Virus record (IMG/VR): IMGVR_UViG_3300047202_000076
Coordinates: 1 to 43,386 of that record
Source of the DNA: a virus
Lineage: Duplodnaviria > Caudoviricetes
DNA: 43,386 nucleotides
Reading direction: 5' to 3' (one strand)
The notes under the pieces: model-generated
What the model saw: the letters and a program-made list of their open reading frames with translations, nothing else
Told to the model about the DNA's origin: nothing
The model's database searches: none
Translations under genes and position numbers: made by a program
Part shown: positions 36,023-43,386 of the stretch, one piece after another
How positions within the stretch are numbered: the first letter of the stretch is position 1
How the letters are laid out: each line of letters starts with the position of its first letter

Positions 36023-36985
36023 TCAAGAAAATAACTCTTTGTCTTTTGTTTTTTTAAGACAGTGAGGACTGATAAACAATCGCTCTCTGTGCCGATTTAC
36101 CTCACCTCTGGATTTGGCATTAGAATATCCGCCAGCAGCAGACCATGCTTGGAAAATCCAGCCATTATCTAATAGCGATTGGTATTCATCATCGTAACCC
36201 GCAACAACGATTCGGTAGTTAGGATTTTTACCCCGTTCCAAACACCATACCTCAACATCTTTGGCTACAGTCATACTATCGTGACGGTAGATAGTTTCAT
36301 CTCGCCCGCTTGTTGCGTAAGGCGGGTCAAAGAACATACCGACGGGCTTGTTGTTGTCTTGCCAATTCCCGCCACATACTCTTGACCAGTCACCGCAAAC
36401 AACTTTGACGTATCTTAACCGCCTTGACAATGCGTTAATCCATTCATAAACATTCGTGGATGGTTCAAGGATTTTGCGGCGAGAATCCATGTGCGGTCTC
36501 TGGCTTGTTATGCCCATATCCCCCGCAAGGTGCGGTCTCTGATTTGGACAGTTAAGTCCTGAACCTATCCAACAACTTGCAGCCCAAACCCAATATCCAG
36601 CAAGTTTGGCATCGTGCCATTCAGGGTCGTTTTGCAAACCGTTTAATAGATACCCTTCGTTTTCGTTTAACACTTTTTTGCGGGCCACAAGGTCTGCGTG
36701 ATTTACGGGCCAGTCGCACCATCGAGCCACCTCGTCTGGGCTAAACTGTATCGACCGCCAAACATTTGCAATATGACCATCTTTATCATTCGCAATTTCG
36801 TAAATCTTTTCCAGTTTTGTCGGCGGACGTTTTAACAAAACCGCACCACTGCCGAAAAACGGCTCGATGTATTGTTTAACATCACCAAGATACGACCAGA
36901 CTATATCTGCCACCATAGACTTGCCGCCAAAATAAAATCAAGGAAACGGGGCAGAGATGGACGTAAATCTCAAAGCCCCGTTTCC
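36023..36985 (-). pseudogene. Dam-like (D12 class) N6-adenine methyltransferase with disrupted 5' end
   Basis: YIEPFFGSG and FDPPY motifs; upstream APFP*FYFGGKS has TGA at 36938-36940 and the start segment appears inverted; intact ORF only from ATG 36916. Confidence 0.8.
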
Positions 36986-36996
36986 GTCGGACTCCT

Positions 36997-37085
36997 TATA
37001 CATGTTTCCATGCCTTTCTATTAAGAATATATCCTGTGTTTGCTTCGCTAATGCCAAATTGAATTGCCAACGACCTTCTGCGTCA
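36997..37085 (-). pseudogene. Remnant of an HNH-associated C-terminal HTH
   Basis: SLAIQFGISEANTGYILNRKAWKHV with no in-frame start. Confidence 0.5.
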
Positions 37086-37196
37086 TTTTAATACTCTACC
37101 CCATACTTTGACCGTTCCAAGCCCTTTCGTGCCTCTACGCAAGCCACAGGAGTAAATTTCGCTATCCTATGAGATGTTTGTCATAGTTTTATTTCA

Positions 37197-37229
37197 AAAA
37201 GGAAAGGCCGGATTTCGACCCGGCCTTCC
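37197..37229 (-). terminator. Intrinsic terminator
   Basis: AAGGCCGG/CCGGCCUU stem followed by UCCUUUU. Confidence 0.65.
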
Positions 37230-37444
37230 TCGGAGGGTAATAAAAATGAAAAAGCATATTACGCAACAGGTGTAGTTTATGGGTCTTTCCGGGACGGAGA
37301 CCATAATTCACGATGTTTTTTGCAATCTCTGTGGTTTTCCCATACTTCTTTGAATAAATCTAAATTGGCAATAATGCCAAGAAGCAGAGCGATAATAGTT
37401 AGAATCCAATGAAACATTTTACACAGGCCTTTTTAATCCACTGA

Positions 37445-37957
37445 TTATCCAACTTTTAAGTAAGACACTTTCTTTTTATGAAAGTTTTTGTGGCAATTTT
37501 CACAAAGTGTTATACCATTATCTATTGCAAATCTTAATTCAGGATAGTTGGCAAAACCTAAAATATGATGAGGATGCAAATATATTTTTTTTGTTTTGCA
37601 TTTCTGACAAGTCCAATTATCTCTTGCAAAAACTGCTTCTCGCCATAAACGAAACTCAATAGTATGTCTTATTCTTTTATTTTCAGGCGAAATCCCACCT
37701 TTCCAAAGACTACTTTTTACTCCCTTATGTGCATCACTGTTTTTTCTTCTACTTTTTTCAGAATGATGTCGTCCCTTCATCCAGGGATTATTCCCCTTTT
37801 TGAACTCTGTAGAAAGAGAATAATGTTTTCCTTTATGAACATCACTCATTTTTCTTTTAGTTTTTTCAGCAAGATGTTTCCCTTTTGTTTTTCCTTTAAG
37901 GGATTCGCTTATCTTTCTACAATGTTCTTTTGTTCTTGGATAAATACCTGTTGGCAT
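37445..37957 (-). CDS. NUMOD3-HNH endonuclease
   Basis: KISESLKG, HSEKSRRK, WKGG, WREAVFARDNWTCQKC, HHI...NGITLCENCH. Confidence 0.92.
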   Translation of the reverse strand: MPTGIYPRTKEHCRKISESLKGKTKGKHLAEKTKRKMSDVHKGKHYSLSTEFKKGNNPWMKGRHHSEKSRRKNSDAHKGVKSSLWKGGISPENKRIRHTIEFRLWREAVFARDNWTCQKCKTKKIYLHPHHILGFANYPELRFAIDNGITLCENCHKNFHKKKVSYLKVG

Positions 37958-38407
37958 TTAGTTGCCTTTGAGACCTGCAATCAATGCCTTGCCAATTTTG
38001 AACCAATCTTTGTCTTCCAGTTTTTTCTGTACTTGCGCCTTAACTATATCACCAATAGTTCCTTCCGTTGTTGGCACGTTTGCTACGTCTTCGATGGCAT
38101 TTACAACAGCTGCCGTAGTGATTTCTATGGCTTCGTATTTAGTGGCGGCCTTAACTTTATTGCGGTAATTATTATAAGCGGTTGCGATAGCTGAAAAGAT
38201 ACTGCCAACGGTGATTATCACATAGCCCCAGGGCAAACCCGCTCCTGTTGCCGCTCCGCCCGCCGCTCCTGCCACACCACTGACCACATTGGCATTGTTT
38301 GGGTCAAATAACCAATCCAGAGTCTTACAACCACCTATTGTCATTAGCGATACTGCTACAAGCAGTAAGATTGCGGAACAAATTCTTTTTTTCCAAATCA
38401 TTTTCAT
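37958..38407 (-). CDS. Putative lipoprotein with an extra TM helix (possible lysis component)
   Basis: MKMIWKKR-hydrophobic-IGGC lipobox-like; Gly/Ala-rich TM segment. Confidence 0.7.
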   Translation of the reverse strand: MKMIWKKRICSAILLLVAVSLMTIGGCKTLDWLFDPNNANVVSGVAGAAGGAATGAGLPWGYVIITVGSIFSAIATAYNNYRNKVKAATKYEAIEITTAAVVNAIEDVANVPTTEGTIGDIVKAQVQKKLEDKDWFKIGKALIAGLKGN

Positions 38408-38591
38408 TTTTTTCTCCTTATCAAAAACCTTATTGTTTTACTGTACCTGATTAGATTATACGCATACTTTATACCAAAGGCAATACACATTCTTACCTGT
38501 CCGCAGAATTGCCGGACATTGGGGCAGGCTAAATAAATACATATTATCACAAGACCAAGAGAGACAAACCAAATTATTATAAGTGCTATGG

Positions 38592-39509
38592 TTATTTTAA
38601 TCCCCTAACTTGCTCAATTTTATCACAAAGCAATTCTTCCGCTTCTGCAAGGCAAACACCCCATTTGTGTTTTACATTAGCAGGGTCTCTTGTGTGAATG
38701 TCATAAGATAAATCCGCTATGTCTTTCAACTGTTCAATCCTTTTCTCTTGCCGAAGAATCTCATTGGTTTTTAATTGCAATTCGAGATGGTTGATAAGAG
38801 TGTGTTTTCTATAAGGATTCATGCAAGTTGAATTTTTCGAATCATACGAAGGACAAACTTCTGGACTTTCTGTTTCTGGCTGGCAATCAGAGCAAGAACT
38901 TATTGGACTTTGCCTGCCACCCGTAAAATTCTGGCCTAATACTACTCCTGTGCCTTTGCAAGAAGGACAAGATTCTGAGTAGCCAACTTCTCTTGCGCCA
39001 TTTTCTTTTGAAATATAAACTTCTCCTGTCCCATTGCATTTTTCGCAGACTGTTTTTTCTATTTTTGGTGTATCATCAAAATCCCTACCTTGTTCTATGT
39101 TGCAAAGTTCTGAAGGTAAAATACCCAGCCAGGCGGCGAATTTAAGTATTCCCATATTGAGAACATTTAGTCGAAATAACTTAAGGGCTTGACCGTTATT
39201 GAGGGCTTGACTTCTTTCCTTATCAGTTTCATCTATTGGTTTTTCAGCTTTCAGAAGGGCAAGGGCTTTTACAACATTTTCGTCAGCATCACATATTTCT
39301 GTTAATTTATAACAATCAGAACCGATAATTTTTCTTGCATCTTCCAGCAACTTCACCGCCTCTGCTATTTTAGAGGCGTGGCATTGAAGGATAAAAAGTA
39401 ACTGTTGTAATCCCGCCTTATGTGCGTGTACATCTATAACAGAACAATCATCAGGGCAGTTATCAATAAAACTTATTTCTTCTTTTAATAGTTCAATCGA
39501 TTGGCTCAT
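38592..39509 (-). CDS. Mosaic protein with XRE-like HTH and CxxCxGxG zinc motifs
   Basis: KFAAWLGILPSELCNIEQGR; CEKCNGTG, CPSCKGTG. Confidence 0.7.
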   Translation of the reverse strand: MSQSIELLKEEISFIDNCPDDCSVIDVHAHKAGLQQLLFILQCHASKIAEAVKLLEDARKIIGSDCYKLTEICDADENVVKALALLKAEKPIDETDKERSQALNNGQALKLFRLNVLNMGILKFAAWLGILPSELCNIEQGRDFDDTPKIEKTVCEKCNGTGEVYISKENGAREVGYSESCPSCKGTGVVLGQNFTGGRQSPISSCSDCQPETESPEVCPSYDSKNSTCMNPYRKHTLINHLELQLKTNEILRQEKRIEQLKDIADLSYDIHTRDPANVKHKWGVCLAEAEELLCDKIEQVRGLK

Positions 39510-40179
39510 CTTTTATCCTTTTCAAAATTACAGGGATTCCCAACTTTGATAATTCCCAATGTAGCTGTTGAACTTGTTCGATTGATGGTTCGGGTAAGTT
39601 GTTCTTTTTGGTGTCATATCCAATCCAAATTAGTTGCGGTTTAACTATACCTATTAATCCCAACAATGCCCCTATACCAAAATCCATTATTGGTTCACAA
39701 GTTATCATTTTATTAGGATGTTTGATTTTAGCAAAGTCAAGACATCTTTTCATTAAAGAAGGGGCTTTGGAATAATATCTTGTAATTTCTTTATCCGTTT
39801 CTATCGTTGTCCCCAAAATTACATTGTCAGGCCATTTGACTCGCTCGAAAGTCTTTGGATTCTTGGATTGAATAAGGAAATTCTTGTCTGCATTACTTTC
39901 CATTATACCTCCAATTTCATTAAGATATTCCGTAGAACAGAAAGAAATATCACCCATCGAGCAACAAAAGATAAACTGCATATATCCCGTCGATGGCAAT
40001 TTTTGGCCAAGTTGCTCTGGATGTTCGTGCGGAGTAAAGTCGTAGCATTTCTGGCAATTATGTTTCTGCCGTTTCGCCTGTGCCTGAAAAGAGTTGCGAC
40101 AGTAAACACAATCGAACTTGCAGCCGACAAAAGGATTCCATTGAAACACAGACAGGTTATACATATTGCTTTTGCCCAT
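39493..40179 (-). CDS. DUF5131 (Gp37/Gp68) radical-SAM-like protein
   Basis: WNPFVGCKFDCVYC, CSMGDI, QSKNP, LGTTIE, TCEPI. Confidence 0.88.
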   Translation of the reverse strand: MGKSNMYNLSVFQWNPFVGCKFDCVYCRNSFQAQAKRQKHNCQKCYDFTPHEHPEQLGQKLPSTGYMQFIFCCSMGDISFCSTEYLNEIGGIMESNADKNFLIQSKNPKTFERVKWPDNVILGTTIETDKEITRYYSKAPSLMKRCLDFAKIKHPNKMITCEPIMDFGIGALLGLIGIVKPQLIWIGYDTKKNNLPEPSIEQVQQLHWELSKLGIPVILKRIKDEPID

Positions 40180-40185
40180 AAATCC

Positions 40186-40422
40186 TCAATCCCAATCATT
40201 CATATATTTGGACAACTTAAAACATCCCATCCAATCTGCCCCGTTTTTTAATAGTACCCACCAATTATGGAAAATTACTACACATTCATTTTTTCCATTT
40301 TTGAGATATTGTCGGGCTTTATTAAAACCTTTTTTGCCGTTGAAAACCTTGCCTTTGAAAGTGCCAAGAAATTCATCCAAATCTATTTTTGGACTTTGGT
40401 TTATAAGTTCCTGTAACATCAA
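40186..40422 (-). CDS. Hypothetical protein
   Basis: 78-aa ORF. Confidence 0.6.
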   Translation of the reverse strand: MMLQELINQSPKIDLDEFLGTFKGKVFNGKKGFNKARQYLKNGKNECVVIFHNWWVLLKNGADWMGCFKLSKYMNDWD

Positions 40423-40712
40423 TCCTTAATCGGCTTAATTATAAAATAATAATGGCCACCTCGCAAAGTTTTCTGCCAGTATAAAGCCCAAAACATAGTG
40501 CCTTGAAGTTCTCCGATGATTTCCTCATTTCCTGACCATCCTCCAGTATGCAGTTCCAATTTTAGAACTTTCTTTCCTCTTAATTTATAACCCCATCCTG
40601 ATTCCCACCAAATATCTTTTAGGAAATCCAATAGACCTTGTATGTCTTTGGCATCCCAATCTTTGAGAATTTTTAATTCTTCTTCGGTAGGGTATCCATC
40701 TTCATCAGGCAT
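40419..40712 (-). CDS. Conserved phage hypothetical protein
   Basis: DEDGYPTEEEL...LHTGGWSGNEEII...RGGHY. Confidence 0.85.
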   Translation of the reverse strand: MPDEDGYPTEEELKILKDWDAKDIQGLLDFLKDIWWESGWGYKLRGKKVLKLELHTGGWSGNEEIIGELQGTMFWALYWQKTLRGGHYYFIIKPIKD

Positions 40713-40783
40713 AAATCAATCCTTCTGTAATTCTTTATAGGCATTTTTGTAGTACAATAATAATCCTTCTGTAATTTCAGGAC

Positions 40784-41020
40784 TTAAATTTGCACCTCAA
40801 TAGCTTCACACCAACAATCTTCGTGATAATCCTTTACGGAACGTATTCTTCCAATATCGGAAGAAGATTCTTTACGTCTAATTTTAGAAACATATATACG
40901 TATTTGACCGAGACACCATTTGCAACGAACAACAGTTCTATCGTAAACTACAGGACTTTGTGCCTTTAATGGATATTGTAATTCCATTTCTAAATCCTCA
41001 ATCCTTATATCAATCCTCAC
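40784..41020 (-). CDS. Hypothetical protein
   Basis: GTGA overlap with ninG; CKWC...HEDCWC. Confidence 0.55.
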   Translation of the reverse strand: MRIDIRIEDLEMELQYPLKAQSPVVYDRTVVRCKWCLGQIRIYVSKIRRKESSSDIGRIRSVKDYHEDCWCEAIEVQI

Positions 41021-41436
41021 ATATTCTCAACTAACTTTTTATACTCTTGTTTGTAGTATAGCAAAAGACCTTCCAGTTCCATCAAACTGTACGTATGGGT
41101 CTTGTCTTTAATCTTCAATTCATCTATGATTTCCTGACCGTATTTTTTCAATAGGTACTTTTCAAATTCTTCCGGGGATCCTTGTTTGAAACAATTGCAT
41201 TGATAACACTGAATTGCCAAACCTCGTTCATCAAAATAGATTCCACTTGAACCACCTATCCCACGAGACAAAAAATGACCTGCTTGAGCTTCTCTGGATT
41301 TTGTTTTTAACCATTTGCCGCAAGTTCTACACCGCACCAAATCCAAATCGTGGCTTTCGGGATAATCCTCAAGGGAATCTCTTGTCTTAATATACTTTGC
41401 GCACCATCGCCAAACAGTTTTTTTAAGTTTTCGCAT
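41017..41436 (-). CDS. ninG: NinG-like recombination protein
   Basis: YIKTRD, CRTCG, QAGHF, FDER...QCYQCN, KKYG. Confidence 0.85.
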   Translation of the reverse strand: MRKLKKTVWRWCAKYIKTRDSLEDYPESHDLDLVRCRTCGKWLKTKSREAQAGHFLSRGIGGSSGIYFDERGLAIQCYQCNCFKQGSPEEFEKYLLKKYGQEIIDELKIKDKTHTYSLMELEGLLLYYKQEYKKLVENM

Positions 41437-41682
41437 ATAGTTTTTTCATCTGTTTTGCAGACATTTTCGTTTTATCGTGACATTTTCTACATAAAGTTCG
41501 TCCATTGGATAATTCGAACCGTAATTCTGGGAAATAAGCAAAAGGTTTAATATGGTCTGCTTCCAGATAACTACCTTTGATACCACAAATTTGACAAATA
41601 TAATTATCTCTGGCAAACACTGCCTTGCGCCAATTTCTGGCTTTGTTGGCCGTGTGGTTGAAGAATGAGTATTTTTTAGCAT
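41423..41682 (-). pseudogene. HNH endonuclease with a 1-nt deletion after the start codon (or restart at GTG 41620)
   Basis: GGAG-ATG at 41682 is out of frame with AKKYSFFNHTANKARNWRKAVFARDNYICQIC...ADHIKP...NGRTLCRKCH. Confidence 0.7.
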
Positions 41683-41840
41683 TTTAACTCCTATCTATTT
41701 TTATATAATTTAACCATCGCTTAGCTTCATTTTTGGTTTTGGCTACACCGACTTTAGTTTCGTAGTACATCTTTCCCCTCACGGTTATTTTTTTTATCCG
41801 GGTATTTTTTCCAGTGGAATGATTGTTTTTTGGCATGGTT

Positions 41841-42365
41841 TTACTCATTTGCCACTATCGTCTCAAGACGCCGGCATTTTGGACATTGTTGTTTGCCGTG
41901 CCGAATAAGTGCATCAGGATTATCTACCTCTTTACCGCAACTTGTGCAGTGAAATGAGGCCAATTTTGGTTTTTCGCCTTTTTTAACTCTTGTCTTGCGT
42001 GTCTTGGCCTTTGGGATAGGCAAATTAACGCCTACGGCTTCGCTGGCTGCATTATCGTGTCCTAAAGGCGTATAGGGATAGGTCTTGGTCTTCTGTGGTT
42101 TTACAGGGGGCATATTGGCAAGTCCTTTGGGTATGCTCGCAAGGTCAGTCAACGCAGGGGCTTTTGTGGTCTTTTTGCGGGGTTTTCGTGGATTTAGATT
42201 GAGTACTGTATCTAATCCGGCTTGTACCGCATAAGGAGGTGATATTCTCTTTATGTGTTCTCGCTCATAAATGCCCCAATAGGCTTTTTCCGGTAACAAC
42301 ACTTCTTCCCCCTTGTCAGTCATTCCCAAAAAGATTGTTTTGCGAAATTCTTTCATTCTACTCAT
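41841..42365 (-). CDS. Basic hypothetical protein with C-terminal zinc ribbon
   Basis: CTSCG...CPKC. Confidence 0.75.
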   Translation of the reverse strand: MSRMKEFRKTIFLGMTDKGEEVLLPEKAYWGIYEREHIKRISPPYAVQAGLDTVLNLNPRKPRKKTTKAPALTDLASIPKGLANMPPVKPQKTKTYPYTPLGHDNAASEAVGVNLPIPKAKTRKTRVKKGEKPKLASFHCTSCGKEVDNPDALIRHGKQQCPKCRRLETIVANE

Positions 42366-42742
42366 TTTATTTTCTCCGGCAGGTTATCAATCTTGGCCCA
42401 ATATGCAGGGTCTGCACCAAAATTCCAAACTTGTAGTTTAGGATAAAAATTACCTACAGATACAAGTCCTTCTTCGATTATCAAAACATCAATAGTTCCA
42501 TCAACTACAAGTTTGCCATCTGCTAATGTTGGCAATCTTTCCATTACCGGAATCCACTGGATACCTTGCTTAATATCCGCCCTTGTCGCCTTTTTGAAAG
42601 CGGCGATGGCTTCGGCTTCGGTGGGACATTCTTCTGTTGTGATTCCGCATCTATGACATCTTAACCAATAATCATCTGAGGACAATAATTTATGACTTTC
42701 TATTTCTCCCCCGCACCCGCAAAACAATTTTGCTTCGCTCAT
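42362..42742 (-). CDS. Lar-like zinc finger fused to DUF551-like domain
   Basis: CGCGG...CHRCG...EAEAIAAF; WIPVMERLP...YWAKI. Confidence 0.75.
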   Translation of the reverse strand: MSEAKLFCGCGGEIESHKLLSSDDYWLRCHRCGITTEECPTEAEAIAAFKKATRADIKQGIQWIPVMERLPTLADGKLVVDGTIDVLIIEEGLVSVGNFYPKLQVWNFGADPAYWAKIDNLPEKIK

Positions 42743-42880
42743 TTTATCTCCACAATATTTATGTCGTTTGGCTCTCTGTGCCACTTACTTAAATTCCGAG
42801 AACACCACCATCCAAACCAAATCACAATAGCTATCATTACGGCTATTGTTACCTTTGAAGCGAAATCAAGTTTTGGTTTT

Positions 42881-43099
42881 TCATAAGGCATTGTCATTCT
42901 CCTCTAATTTTCTCTCAATAGACTTTATAATGATTGCGTAATCGTCCGTGTCGTCAATCATTTCAGAAGGAATGATTGACCTGCCAGATTCACATATCAC
43001 GTTCTCGAATATGAGTCTTGAGATTTCCTCTGTATCTAACGGAGTTTTGGCTTCGCCATCAATTTCAACGTCAAATTCTACAGTTATAGGAATTTTCAT
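42881..43099 (-). CDS. Acidic hypothetical protein
   Basis: GGAG RBS, 72 aa. Confidence 0.7.
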   Translation of the reverse strand: MKIPITVEFDVEIDGEAKTPLDTEEISRLIFENVICESGRSIIPSEMIDDTDDYAIIIKSIERKLEENDNAL

Positions 43100-43151
43100 T
43101 TATTGTTCTCCATCAATTCCGGATTTTCGTAATCTTTTCGCCTTGCCTTCT

Positions 43152-43386
43152 TCAATTATTTTCTCCGATAATTTCTACTGCCGGTGAAACTGGATAATCT
43201 GTCCTGACAATATCGGCACATTGTTTAAGTATTTGATTTCCTGCGGCGGCGATGGCGGCGTAGGCGGCGTAGACGGTGGCGTGGGCGGCGGCTTGGGCGG
43301 CGGCGTAGGCGGTGTAGGCGTAGGCGGTGGCGATGGTGTAGGCGGCGGCGACGGTGGCGTCGGCGACGGCGTCGGGGCCGCCGCCT
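43152..43386 (-). CDS. 3' part of the Ala-rich protein starting at 474
   Basis: ...AAYAAIAAAGNQILKQCADIVRTDYP...*; frame continuous through the terminal overlap. Confidence 0.8.
   Translation of the reverse strand, partial: GGGPDAVADATVAAAYTIATAYAYTAYAAAQAAAHATVYAAYAAIAAAGNQILKQCADIVRTDYPVSPAVEIIGENN
43260..43385. repeat. Terminal direct repeat, right copy
   Basis: Identical to 1-126. Confidence 0.95.

Noticed and set aside
5048-36940. Stop-codon reassignment to explain in-frame TGA/TAG
   Set aside because: Core genes are full length in code 11 and use TGA (terS) and TAG (MCP, tail B) as real stops; the internal stops co-occur with frameshifts.

Overview
Apparently complete, circularly assembled ~43.26 kb podovirus-type phage genome (1-126 is repeated at 43260-43385). 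A rightward block (8.5-35.7 kb) encodes a replication initiator, TerS, GpA-type TerL, portal, scaffold, major capsid, tail tubular A and a split tail tubular B, a GNAT acetyltransferase, three internal virion proteins and two tail-fibre-like proteins with signal peptides. Leftward accessory arms (0-8.2 kb, 35.7-43.4 kb) hold a Sak4-like AAA ATPase, NinG, a DUF5131 protein, a disrupted Dam-like methylase, HNH nucleases and many small ORFs. I recognise no integrase, CI repressor, DNA polymerase, reverse transcriptase, CRISPR array or endolysin. The most unusual signals are: (1) three 30-36 bp, spacer-sized exact copies of pieces of the phage's own genes inserted at distant accessory sites, among many other micro-inversions and duplications that spare the core genes; (2) two clusters of stem-closed small RNAs, including an aberrant tRNA-like element; (3) four A-B-A'-B'-U-tract leaders resembling C4/CI antisense modules; (4) signal-peptide-bearing, D-x-N-rich fibre proteins. 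All calls come from reading the sequence by eye; no searches were run.
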